A stretch of DNA of 64,000 nt from Dicyema japonicum (lineage: Eukaryota > Animalia > Dicyemida). Position numbers and translations under genes: made by a program. Of the stretch, positions 52,285-64,000 are shown one piece after another (position 1 is the stretch's first letter; each line of letters opens with the position of its first letter). The stretch is from positions 1,130,295 through 1,194,294 of the forward strand of contig RDEW01000007.1 in the NCBI GenBank assembly GCA_011109175.1, read 5' to 3'. The notes below the pieces were generated by a model that was not told the origin of the DNA, did not search any database, and worked only from the letters and a program-made list of their open reading frames with translations.

Positions 52285-53039
52285 TTAATTTTTATTTCAC
52301 GTGTTAGGATAAGTTAGAAATTGGATGGTCTTATAATGTTGTAAGAATCATAAAAATTCAATTTAAGTGTAGTAAACATCACCAACTTCAAATTTCAAGA
52401 TTTTCGAGATAAAAACTTATATTTAGATTTAAACAGAATGGTCTTATTCCTTCAAGATATTCTTTGTTATCGAAATTTGTTTTCTGCTTAAAATTAGACA
52501 ATTTGGAAATATTCCAGTCTTTTGTAATAAATACGTTTGAGCTAAATTAATTTTCATGTCATTGAGAAAAGGTTGACCAAGTCTTTGAACAGTGTCATTA
52601 GTGGACCGGTCGTTATTGTTATTGAATCATTAAAAGTATAATAGAAATAATTTGTTTAATTTAAAGTAATTTATAATTACATCAAAGTAACAATCCGTAA
52701 TAATAATCGGTCAATTATATTATTTATCAATTATGTCTATTTAATATTAATTGTATTAACTGAACACTTTTGTTATTTCAAGAAATCACTAGAAAGTTAG
52801 TTCATTATAACGAGAATCGACAGATGATCTTAGTTTCTCTCAGAAGGGTCTTCATCCTCTTCCCGTCTTTCTCTCTCAACACAAAAGAATTACTAAACAA
52901 TTTATTTTATGTTAAACAATCGTGTTTGTTAAATATTCCAATTTACATTTAAATAATATTTTTATTTAAATTTAATGCTAATTTTATTTAATATTTATTA
53001 TCCTTAATTAATTTTAATTAAATTTTTTACTGGTTAACC

Positions 53040-55130
53040 TAAATGATATAAATATTTTTAAATTTGAATGCACCGTGAATTGTTTCATTAATTTGCTTCA
53101 TGTTAGTTTTTTATTTAACAACGGTACATTTATCTTAGTTATAAAGATATCAAACATTCTGGCATTCGATTATTTTGCTAATAGTAAAAAGCTGCATTTT
53201 GACAAGTATGAAAGGTAATATATAATAAATGATTAATAAACCATAAATTTTTTACAAATATAGATTTTTGACTTCTTTATCGATTGTTCAGGTATTAATA
53301 TCACTAATCCTTCACAGCCATGTTTGAAATTTGGATATTTGACTCCTCAGACATCACCCACAAAGCACTACCCGACTCTGATCAGCACGTGTTGGAATGA
53401 AAAGTAGTGATATATGAATATTCGCAGAATCAGAGTAACGAGTATAATAGAAGATATGATTTATTTGGCTGAACAGGGATTAAGTGACAAAGAAGTAAAA
53501 AATATTGATTGATTTAGATTACTTTAATTCAACAAATTACCATTGTCAATGACACCATTAGTGAAGGTATTGAATGCATAAATTTATAATTTAGACAGCA
53601 AAGATCAAAGCTCAAAATTACATTATCACTTTAACAACTTAAAGTACACTAATCACGATAAACTTCCCACAAAGACCGATATTCATCTTAGATTTATCAT
53701 TGGCCACAATGTAATGTCACGTTTTATCAGAAGGGTGACCATGTGGGGAAAATATTTGGGGGAAACGTTGACAATTTGTTAGAGGAGGTTGTAACTGTTC
53801 TTAATTTGGTATCTTGGTATTGACTCATTTAGTTTTATATGCCATATATTGGAATCTCGAAAGCTGGTGGAAATGAAAAATATATATATTCGAGTGCCCA
53901 CTACCCCTCCTTTACGACAGTTCAATCAGAATTTGAAAATTGGGAGGATGTTGATGTGGTTGTTGCAGTGACGTGGTATTATGATGATTTATGATAGCAA
54001 CACTGAATGTGATTACTCAATAAAAGATTCAATTTGTACAAGTCGAGCCATCGCTTTTATTGATGTTGGGTTTTTATTCAATTTAAGGTGTGTGATGACA
54101 GTGCTACCCACGTGGCTTATCGATTATATCTTCTTTTAAATAATATATTAAGTTCTGTCTCGAATGATCAGTTTTATCAAATTTTATCACTTTAGTTTGC
54201 CAAAACGTGCCCGAGCATGTCTATCTGACAAAATTGTAAAGGTCTGATAATATTGATATCATAGTCGTCTGTGTTATGTGGCAATGGAGTGATTGACAAG
54301 GGAGAGGATTGTGACTGCTCATTTAGTAAAGTAATATTCCATTGTAATTCACAGGATTTATGTGATCTGCTTAATCCCGGTTGCAATTCAGAGACCTGTC
54401 TTGAAAACAAGGAATGCAACAAATATGGCAAGGTTACATATTCACTTAGTATAGCTAACTGGAATTCCTGAAAGTGTTAACACACGTGACCAGATGTGTA
54501 AATTCCTTTTAAATTCGAGTATTCTTGACTAATCTTGATTACAGGGACTGCATCAGAAGCATCAACCACGTGCTATGTGGAAAGGAAGGCTGAAATTTGC
54601 ATGAATGGGAATGATTGTGTCTTTGAGTACATTTTTGCTTATTCTTAGAAATTTAACTTGCAAGAGCATTCTGTGTTCACCAGAGCGGACTCATTGCAAG
54701 TATATTGGTTTGGTTTACAAATTAGAAAATATTTTATTTTCAGCGGAATAAACTTCGGGGACACTTGCAAGATTTCAGACTGTTCAGATTGTAATTCAAA
54801 TGAGCCCATAAATTGCCAAGATGGAGTGTGTGGCCAAAACTCTGTGAGGCGATCTAATAATTCCATGAGTTGTATTTTCCATGAACTTATAGATTTCGCG
54901 GCAAGGAATATTTCTGTCAAATTTGATGTCGTATTCGTGTCTGGTTCGTTATTAATTGGAATAATAATTATGGTCCCTTTGATGTGGTATATTTTGAGAA
55001 GGTAATTGGTGTTATAGTCGTAGATTCCGTAAATACAGACGAAAGTTGGATGATATGTTCTATTTTAGTAATAATTTAGGAAATCCATTGACTATTGGAT
55101 GGACAATCTCCCGACAAAACTAAACTGTGT
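53040..55130 (+). CDS. ADAM-family disintegrin/metalloprotease-like membrane protein lacking the zinc motif
   Basis: Disintegrin start CGNGVIDKGEDCDC, Cys-rich/EGF region and TM VVFVSGSLLIGIIIMVPLMWYILRR. The HExGH position reads AYRLYLLL. Ends approximate. Confidence 0.8.
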
Positions 55131-55439
55131 TAATGCTTGTGGGGAATATAATAATATTTATTCTAATTTTTCTAACTTGACTTAAATATCTTTTATCAAC
55201 CAAAATGCTTTATATCGCTTATACCTTGTGGGATTGATCAAGAGATTATCACTATGGACGAGTCATACCACAATCGCATTTAAGATTTCGTTAATGACAA
55301 CCTTTACTATTATCTTATCCTTTCTAGAGGATTCGAAGGCGATTGGGACGAAACAAAGATAATCCCCAAGGGTCAAATATTTATTACTACAAGATATCCG
55401 TAAATATTTTTTTGTTTACTATTTTGTAGTCATGTTATC

Positions 55440-56420
55440 CAAATTAAGTCGTGTCCTACCCTTGGAGATTTCATGATTGCTCAGCATAATAATTCTTTCC
55501 AGGGAATCAGAGCGGACAACATGTCCAAAGAACGCCAATCTGTGTTTTACGATTCTTCCTTCAAATGTCCGTCTCCACCCGTTTGAGTACATCGATGTTT
55601 GTTATTTTGGAAGTCCAAGGGATTCTTAGTAAACTCCTCCAGCACCAAATTAAAAAATCAATATTTCGTCTATCCGCCTTTTTCAGTATCCATGATTCTG
55701 CGCCGTATAGAAAAACCGGGAACACGATTGCATGAATCAGTCTGCATTTGGTCCTTAAGCAAACATCTTTGCTTTTCCAAATTCTATACATTCTCTGGAG
55801 GTCCCGTCCCATGGCAATTCGCCTCTTGATTTCCAAGCCTCCATCACCAATCCGATTAATTAAACATTCCAGAAAGACAACATTATCGCAACTCTATTTT
55901 CTCATTCCCAATTTTTAGTTCCATTATTAGCAGTCGTCATAATTTTGGTCTTCTTGATATTTAGCAATAAACCAAAGACGGCGCTATCTTCTCTGAATCT
56001 AGAATCAACTCCTGAGGCCATCCTCTGTTTCAGCCAGTAAGGTTGTATCGTCAGCATAGCGCAAATTATTGATGTTCCTGCCTCCAATTTTAATTCCGTT
56101 ATTTGATACAGTATCCAATTTAGTCATGATCATTTCGGCATAAATAGGATGGGAGATAATAAACATCCTTGTCTTACTCCTTTACCAAATTTGAACCAAT
56201 ATGTATCTCCATACACTGTTCTAACAATATCTTCTTGATCCTTATAAAGAGATTTGATAATATCAGATGGGCATCGAATCCAAATTCTTTTAAAGCGGAC
56301 CACAGCTTGTCATGTATAACAGAATCAAAAGCTTTCCGATAGTCAATGAAGCACATGTATACATTCTTTTGGGATTCATGGGATTTCTTCATAATCCACC
56401 GGACATTTGGAGCGTGCCGA
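55440..56420 (-). mobile_element. RTE-BovB-like LINE fragment (second RTE family)
   Basis: FIDYRKAFDSV, EIKRRIAMGR, TKCRLIHAIVFPVFLYGAESW, WCWRSLLRIPWT and FFGHVVR. It ends in GGACACGACTTAA. Confidence 0.88.
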
Positions 56421-56429
56421 TTCTGTTTA

Positions 56430-57390
56430 GCAGGACCAGTAACCTGTTAACTATAGGGTCTCAGCCTTCTCCGATGCAGAGCCTGGGTTAGTTGCTGTCG
56501 TTGCAGGTTGGAAGGAGAGAGGCTGTCGACACAAGAGGCGTCCCAGACGAGGTATTTACCACTTTCCCATGGGAAGAGAGTGGTTTCGTCCGGTCTTTAG
56601 TCGGCTTGAGTAAGTCCAAGCGCCTCCAATTGGACAGGAAATTTAACAGCCTCAATTCAACACCCAGTCGCGTCCAGACTTCCTGAGCCATGCAAACCAC
56701 TGGTTCAGGGTCTGATCCGATAATGTAGCGTAGGATCTGGCCTGTGAGACTACTGGAACCATATGTTGAAAATAAAAAGGCCGGGAGGGCGAGTTCTAGT
56801 AGTGAGCATTATTCCGTAGCGAAGAGGTATTGCAAAGCCAGTTTTATCAAAAGAAATGTTGAGCATTTCTTCAACGGCAGTCCTCAGCTTCTCGTCGATG
56901 GCTCTTAAAAAGTTTATGTCCGTCAAACATTTGGCTGTCCGTAGAAGAAAATGTGGCGTAAGGTGAAAATTCCTGAGAAAGAATAAAGACACGTGGGAGT
57001 TCAGGGCTTTTAAATTTGATGTGAATTGTTGAAGGGATGCACTTTTTTCCTCCAGGAGAGTTGACACATTACTGCGGTATAGAGGAGAGCCGAGAAAATT
57101 TTCGTTTTCGAGTCGGGTGACCTAGACATCCTGGAGATATGCAGAAATCGACCCCAGTGCATGGTCGAAGTCGTCCTCTCCGCAAGCAACGTTTATGATT
57201 TCACATTTATACGGGTTCGATTCCAATCCAAAATCCGCAAGTGCAGAGATGGTGGACTCGACTTCCACCACCATAATTTCCCAATTACTTCCGAGGGTCA
57301 CATCATCCAGGTACCATAGGTTCAATGGAGTTCGCATTGGCGATGCTGCACAGTGGATAGCCAAGGCAAAGAGCAGGGGGCCAAGGACCT
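56430..57390 (-). mobile_element. CRE-like element RT/post-RT fragment
   Basis: PLLFALAIH...LNLWYLDDVTLG, LESNPYKCE and LPLRYG-like segments, and WTRLGVEL. Confidence 0.8.
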
Positions 57391-57954
57391 CTCTACTTGT
57401 TTATAGTAAGAACCACCATCTTGTCAACTCATTATATCAATAAATTTTAATTCGTTGTGATATTCCACCGGATCACATTAAAAAAATCTGATAAATAATG
57501 ACAATGTTGACTTTGCTTAACACAGGAATTTGGATAAGCACTCAGCCATCGGAGATCGCTTCCGTTTCGAAACTTATGGAGCGGTTGGAAAATTGATAAA
57601 AGAGTCAATGAAATTTGGAATGCAATCCCGTTGTGAACAATTGTTTCAACGCTTTGGAATTGTAATTGTCTGCGGTAATGTTAACTGTCTTTTGGCAGAT
57701 TGAATTGTTTCTCTAACAAATATTTTAGTGGAAAAAAACTGATGACATTGATTTTCAATCAAATTTATTCAAATTATCCAAAAAATAATCAGATTTACCA
57801 ATATTTGCTCAAATTGTAGAAATATATGCACCATTTTACCACAAGGGAGCAAAATTTTACATAATTAAAGTCACATCATCATTAATGAGCACATTACAGG
57901 TATGAGATCTGTTGCATGCATTTGAGGCTCTCCGTTAGTTTTATATTTCCTTAA

Positions 57955-59065
57955 TAGTCAGTTTTAGCATTGAAAGTGCATTTGGATTCCGTGAAAATCA
58001 TTCTACTACGACTCACCTAACAAAATTAACTCAATATATATCTGATGGATTCTCCTATCAAAAACCACATAAAGGACCATAATGGCTTCAATAGACTTGA
58101 AGAAAGCATTCGACTCCGTGTCCCGGCTTATAGAGAAAATTTCTGACACTCTTATAAATCCAAACAATAAAAGATGGCTTCGAACTTTTTAAATGGAAGA
58201 AGAGGACAAGTGATGTCAAACAACAGAAAATCTAACTCCCGTTTATTGCCGAATGGTGTCCCTCAAGGTTCACCTCTCTCTCCCCTGCTCTTCAACCTGT
58301 ACACCAATGACCTTCCCACCAATGACGATCCCGATACATTGATACTCTCATACGCAGATGACATTGTTCTTGCGACGAGAGACTCTCACTATGAGAAGGC
58401 AGGGATGAAACTTCAAAGTTATATTGGTATGTTGGAACATTGGCTCACATCAAATCGACTGGAAGTTTCTACAGGAAAGTCGTTTATGATAATTTTCTCT
58501 ACATATAGAAGATCATTATACTCTCCCAAAATCACATTGTTTGGATTTGAAATTCCTATGAATAAGTCTCCACAATACTAGGATTAAAGTTGGATACTCT
58601 CCTGACATTCATCCAACACGTCAATGACGTTATTACCAATGTCAGGAGGAGGACCAACATATTGAAAATTTTGTCCCGATCACCAATCGGGCGCAACACC
58701 TTACTACAAAAATACATACTGCCAGTAATCGAATATGCATGTCCTCCTTGGAGCTCGATGATTTCTGAATCGTCGTCTCAAAAATTAGAAGCCGCACAAC
58801 TTGCTGCCTTGAAAATAATAAATAAGAAAAATGTGGATAACGTATTGAATGTTAAAGAACACCTAAGGTGGAGAGTGAAGTCATTTCTACAATGGGCAAT
58901 GAAAACCGGCTGTCCGCTTCCAATCTCTATATCTGACTATCTAGAAAATGCAGGGAATCTATGGAGAATGAGACCGTCCCTGTTTCTACCAATTCTGTTG
59001 GATCTTCTGGACCCCGAACGAGAACCAGAACCCGGAAAACCAGGATCACTTAGTAGTTAATTTTT
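57955..59065 (+). mobile_element. Jockey/Ingi-group LINE RT fragment
   Basis: GFRENHSTT, IDLKKAFDSV, GVPQGSPLSPLLFNLY, YADD and YILPVIEYACPPW. Confidence 0.88.
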
Positions 59066-59449
59066 AACTTTTTCTAATCCGGTGATCTTGGGTTAAAAAA
59101 AGAAAAAAAGTGCATTTCAACCTTCTTTGGTTTCGCTGAGTGCAGTTACACCATGACATTCTTAATCCGATTCCGTTAAGTTTCTCAGGGATTAATCGTC
59201 AATTCATCAGAAAGTATATGGGTAGAGCCTTTATTTTTGGATTGATCTATTCCTGAGATTTTGTTAAATTTGGATGTGGTGGGTTTCTCTTATTAACCAT
59301 TTGACACCCATATGAAGGTGAACAACTGACATCATGGTGTTAGCTTTGGAATCGTCTAATTTGTTGCTGGGGAATACTTTAATGCATAGCCAAATGGTCT
59401 AATTAAGTAGATTCCATTGTCAATTTCAAAATGATAATTATTATTAGCA

Positions 59450-59880
59450 TTTTGACGAGAGCCATAATATTTATAGCCCCGCATGTGCAGTAAAAAATAT
59501 AAGAGAATTAGTTAGGTTGCTCCAAGCTCTTCTGTTCTTTGCTAGGTCCCTCAGTGAGTCCAGATCGTCACCAGATGCCAATGTTTTTTTCACGGCTTTC
59601 AGATCGTTTTGTAGAACGACCGGGAGGGTAGTTCTCGGTCTTCCACGAAAGCGTTTTACATTGGAGGAGTAATAATCTTCCATTGCGATATTCGGAGGGG
59701 ATATCGGGTCCAACCTCAGGACGTGTCCAAAAAGTCTCCAACGAGAGCTAATGATCTCATGGCTTAATGGTATACAGTCACACTTATTGTACAGTCTATT
59801 CCGCGAAATCTTGGATGGCCAGGACATTCCAGTTATGTTTCTTAGATGATTCCTGTGAAATGAGTCTAGCCTCTCCAATT
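59450..59880 (-). mobile_element. RTE-clade LINE 3' fragment
   Basis: LDSFHRNHLR, RWRLFGHVLR and RFRGRPRTTLP, the same motifs as 20450-23095. Confidence 0.85.
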
Positions 59881-59937
59881 CAAAATAATATTAACTTTTA
59901 ATTGATAAAATAATATTATTTCCATAGAAACTCATAA

Positions 59938-61370
59938 ATGGATAAGTCGTATTTAGAAAAGTAAACAAAGTCTTAAGATTTAGAATAAAGGAAAATTCCT
60001 TAAGATATTCAAATAATGTGAACAAAAGTACATTTAAGGTGACTAAAGCAGATAATTCTTCGAAACCAGTGAGACTTCCTCCAATTTCACCGACAAATTC
60101 AGAATTGGGTAAAAAACCTTACAAAAATCCTGGCAAGGAATATTTAAATAGCTTAGACTACTACAACTTGGAGATTACAACATTAATGGCGAAACGACTA
60201 CAAAACCTTGAGAAGAAATATCGGCTACAAGAAGACGAGCTCATGTCGACAGTAAGTGGAGTGAGTTTAGTTGATAGAAAACTGATTTAGATAAAGTCAA
60301 GAGACAACTAGAATGTGTGACCAAGGGTAATAAAATGGATTACATTTAAGACCGAGACTCCATTTCTGATAAATATGACGAGATAAAACAACAAATTGAT
60401 GAAATGGAGGTTTCTTAAGTGAATTATGTAGATTTTTTTGGCAGATTATGGTTTGATTTGGGTTGGAGACAATGATGGAAAGAGGGATTTATTAAGTCTT
60501 CATTATCAGGGTGGGCTGTTTATTATTATTAGTTATGGATGATAACTCTTATGACGAATTCATTAAGGACTGTCCAAAATAAATGAATCATTATTCCAAT
60601 TTGTATGTGCTCTTGTAAAGTAGAATCTTGACAGTCTTCCCATTTATATATATTCAAATGGGGTCCAGCTTGATTCTAAGCCATTTCGGAAATTCAATGA
60701 GCCTGAATTAACAGAATTCATAACAGATGTTATTAATGGGTACTTTCCGTCGGAATTATACAAATCATACAACAGCGGATGCACATTCGAGGTGAGGATT
60801 AGGAACACAAATATTAGATATTTGATCGAAGGAATTTTCCATATGCTAAAAACGAAATGAAATCTAACATTGTTGAATTCTCTAGTTTGGATCACAGAAA
60901 AGGTTATTCTGAGGATAATTCGTTAGACTACTCCGAATTTACCCCACTTGTCTTTAAAAGTATGAAAAATCCCCCAAATTCATTTCAAGTATTTAAATGG
61001 TTTATTTTTAGACAGCCGTCGAGACAAAGTCGTGTCATAATTTAGTTTAGAAATAATAAAATATTCCTCGATTCATTAAAATCCGGTCAGGTCGCCTTGA
61101 AAGTACGTTTGAAACCCCCAAAACCTTTAAAATACTTGATTTTCTCAAAAACGGACAAATTGAGCAATGTTATTAGATCAATCCAATATGAATGGTTATA
61201 CGTTCTGTTTATTACAGCAAACTCTTTCCTCCTTTAAATATTTACGTTTCGAGAATTGGGAAAATTGAGTCGTCTGAACGAACCCTTCAAGATATAGGAA
61301 TCACATTCTCAACGGTTGTCCACATTCACGAAAATAGAAAACATTAGTTACAATTAACTACAAATACATT
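59938..61370 (+). CDS. UBXN11: UBX-domain protein 11 (Socius; SEP + UBX)
   Basis: ATG at 59938 plus a 23-nt intron joins ORF 60018. Motif FLADYGLIWVGD, SEP IYSNGVQLDSKPFRKF...DVINGYFPSELYKSYNSGCTFEV, and UBX-like IKIRSGRLESTF. The 3' end is approximate. Confidence 0.8.
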
Positions 61371-61681
61371 AATTTTCATTTGTTTCATATCCATTCCATG
61401 AGGCTTATTAATTCCCGGGAACACAGCAAAGAGGAAAAAAAGAGCCATATTATCTATACCTGCGTTCAGACACACTTTATTCAAGCAAAAACAGTTATTA
61501 TAACTAATCGATGAGGGAGAACTTCTTTTGTTTTCTTTTTGTTGGGTGTCCTATCTAGATAATCCGATTATTATTAAAAAAAACACTCCCTAGAAAACAT
61601 AAAATTAGTTAAGTTTCCCTTGTGGCGTATTCCGAATCATCCTCTCCATCAACCTCGACCATGATCTTATAGCCGCGTTTT

Positions 61682-62005
61682 GCCGCGTGGCGCCATGTGG
61701 TACTGCGTGGTTAATTGGTTAAATTTTTCTGCTTGCTTGTCTGTTCCTCCTCTCTCTTCCTAATAGAGTGGCGTCATGTGATCCACCTGTCTAGGTGACG
61801 CCCAGTGCCAGGCCGGCATGAAAAAGGATCATTTGCTCTTCCCCACTCCACTGGAGGGGTTTCCACAACTGCGTGTAATGGACGTCTTACCCTTTATGCT
61901 GATTCCGGATGGACTCTGTTTCTGTAGAAGTGGAAACTGGATGCACTTAATTAGTTGGTTACTTTAACTTCTTTTTCGGTGTATCCGGGGTTAATAAATA
62001 ATAAT
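61682..62005 (+). mobile_element. SINE-like repeat, family 2, with LINE-type tail
   Basis: The body aligns to 15833-15980. It ends in CCGGGGTTAATAAATAATAAT. Confidence 0.6.
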
Positions 62006-62800
62006 GATCTTCTGTTGCACGCTAGTTTTCTTAGGAAGTCCAAGTCGTCCGCCGAAGTTAGTCTCATACCAACCGCCGATAGGTCTTCATTCAAGATAGT
62101 CGGAAGTGTCGTTCTTGGCCTTCCGCGGAATCCGGCTCCTGTGTGTGCGAAGTAGTTGTCCATTGCGACCAGGCCAAAGAAGCTCCATCTTGATTTGAAA
62201 ATATCATCTGACAGCACACCGGATTTGTATTTATTATAAAGGTTTGCATTAGAAATCTTCATAGACCAGTTGATCTTGATAACCGATTTGAGCTGAGTTC
62301 TGTGGAGTCAAGACAGTCCATTTCCCGTTTAGAGATTCCCAAGTACCCAGAGTTGTAGGTTAGTACCGGGATGACAAAAGCTTTGTATATTCTAGTGAGA
62401 GTAGAGTAAAATGCGTCCAGCTCTCTGATATTTTTAAGACTAATGCTCGGGTTTGGGCATAAACATTTATGATGGAAATGACAGTTGATTTTATTTCCGC
62501 ATTTGATTTGCAGCACTGCGACATGGTCAGATGCTGCCACACTCTTTAACACATTGAATCAGATCTTGATGGGCTGCAAATCCGAGACCATAATTTCGGC
62601 AGGCTGATGAGAGACTAAAAAAATGGAATTTGCCAAACAGTTCTGTACATTATACAGTCGTTTTTTGTATCTTGTAGACAGCAGACAGAGATGTTGTATT
62701 TTGTTAGATTGTATGCCAGTTGGTTGTAAGGTTGTTTAATTCCTCTGCAATTAAAAGTTTCCATAGTGAACGGAGATGTCGGTAAGGAATACGAATAAGA
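62006..62800 (-). mobile_element. Internally deleted RTE derivative (endonuclease start fused to post-RT tail)
   Basis: ETFNCRGIK, VCCLQDTK and ELDAFYSTL are fused in frame to TRIYKAFVIPVLTYNSG, then GFRGRPRTTLP. The RT domain is absent. Confidence 0.85.
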
Positions 62801-62809
62801 CATAGTGCA

Positions 62810-62995
62810 ATAGAGACGTCGTCACCTCCTCAACCAGAAAGATCACATTTCGCAGTGAAATGTTCACTGATGACGGCGTCACTCGTCAAGCCGTAGCATC
62901 GAGATGCTTGGAACCTTCAACCGAAATGTACAGATTCGGACTAGGGACCTTCAGACCTCTTTCCCTGCATCCGTTACACTTCGCCAACTGGCGAT
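62810..62995 (-). mobile_element. Divergent SINE family 1 relative
   Basis: A-box-like TGGCGAAGTGT, B-box-like GTCCGAATCT, and an identical core TTGACGAGTGACGCCGTCATCAGTG. Confidence 0.75.
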
Positions 62996-63114
62996 ACACT
63001 TTTCCGTCTCTTCCGTCTCACCAATGTGAGTTGACGATCGAGCCAGGAACCAGCTTTGGAAGTCTTGTCATATGTTCTCTAACAGATATATTACGTCCCA
63101 CATTCCTCTCCTCT

Positions 63115-63760
63115 CTATACTCCAGAAAACCGTTGGTCAAACGCAGAAAGGGGCAACATAAGATAATTTGAGTATACAAGCGGGCCACACTAACAAATCT
63201 GATTTGTCCTGAGGTGCCGCTTTTACATGACATTGTTCGTATATCTGAAATGTATTAGTTGTTCCTACCTTAATCATGGATGACAAGTGTTCATCAGTCA
63301 GCTCTGTTCTCTAAGAAGATTTTATGATTTTATGAAAGAAAACAACTGTCCACAACATAGAACCGAACATTGCCATAATCCTCATTGAAAACTTTATGAA
63401 GTTTGTAAACTTTTCAGGATGTCATGAATAAACGCCAGATATCCCCATTGAGGTATTTTGCCCTGAGTGTAGAGTCAGACTGCATTTCTAATAATCCATT
63501 GTCAGCGCAGTGTTCTTCCAAACAAGTGGACGCACAGAATAAGTGACGTCATCGGATCCATCTAACTCAGGAGACGCCACATGTCTTGTCGGCATTCAAA
63601 AGAATCTATTTTTCATTACCTGTAGACTATTTCGACGAGTTCTGAATTGTACGTCAGCCATTGTCCTCTGGATCAACTGTGCTTGAATGAGGTGTCTTCT
63701 GGAACGTGTCAGGATCACAAGATTAGTTAGCTTGGTTTTACTTTCACCACATTATTTTAA
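63115..63760 (-). mobile_element. hAT (Buster/Charlie-type) transposase C-terminal remnant
   Basis: LLEMQSDSTLRAKY, RIMAMFGS, CGQLFSFIK and LTDEHLSSMIKVGTT match the Charlie/SPIN dimerisation region. Confidence 0.78.
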
Positions 63761-64000
63761 ATTTTCTCTCGTGTCAGCCTATAATCAATCATGGGGGCTT
63801 TCAATGATTGAACTACACTTTCTCCCTTTCTTGATTATATGTCCGCATTAACAACTGAAAATATTAGATGCTTTTGATGAAATCCAAAAAAGGAGGTAAC
63901 TTGGATGTAAAAACTGGTGGAAGAATAGTAATGAGTGAGCACAAGCGAACCCTAAATATAAAAAAAAAAAAACCAGGTGTTTAACTTAGTCAATCAAGAC

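Noticed and set aside
55200-57950. Second DH-PH RhoGEF-like gene split by the RTE and CRE insertions (LSRGFEGDWDETKIIPKGQIF)
   Set aside because: The similarity is too short and I could not build a consistent spliced frame across 55200-55440 and 57400-57950.
62860-62930. Hammerhead ribozyme suggested by CTGATGA (also on the antisense of both other SINE1 copies)
   Set aside because: Stem II (CGGC/GCCG) is followed by TAGC, not GAAA, and no NUH site or stem III can be placed. The motif is just the reverse complement of the SINE hairpins.
63018-63233. Penelope GIY-YIG endonuclease (GRNISVREHM...)
   Set aside because: No GIY/YIG motifs are present. The 5' half of the ORF is the subterminal end of the Charlie-type hAT, and the remaining resemblance is under 35 aa.

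Overview
AT-rich, gene-dense animal (eukaryotic) nuclear DNA. It is not prokaryotic and has no CRISPR array or operons. Host genes are split by GT-AG micro-introns, mostly 20-26 nt, which is why the ORF track shows only fragments. Removing these introns by hand joins the fragments into recognisable genes: an ankyrin-repeat protein, PAXBP1/GCFC2-like, SMARCC/SWI3, MRPL12, an RGS-RhoGEF, kinesin-9 (KIF9-like), BRE1/RNF20-40, SETDB1, RAPGEF1/C3G-like, a catalytically dead ADAM and UBXN11. Two orphan genes also assemble: a ~921-aa protein with tandem GNAT-like modules, and a signal-peptide/repeat-stalk/TM surface protein. A large share of the window is decayed mobile DNA: Jockey/I, Ingi-like, RTE and CRE-like non-LTR elements, two SINE families, and Tc1 and hAT remnants. 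There is also a short 18S rRNA 5' pseudogene. Intron size plus my recollection of the 18S wording suggest a dicyemid mesozoan (inference, not verified by search). Highlights: the tandem-GNAT gene; a 1.23-kb LINE inside a 20-nt intron whose TSD duplicates the splice donor; a SINE whose tail supplies a gene's stop codon; a structured SINE core; a retro-chimera that captured a neighbouring exon; several stopless 3n micro-introns. Single-base C-run frameshifts in conserved genes suggest assembly indel errors. Gene ends are approximate unless stated.
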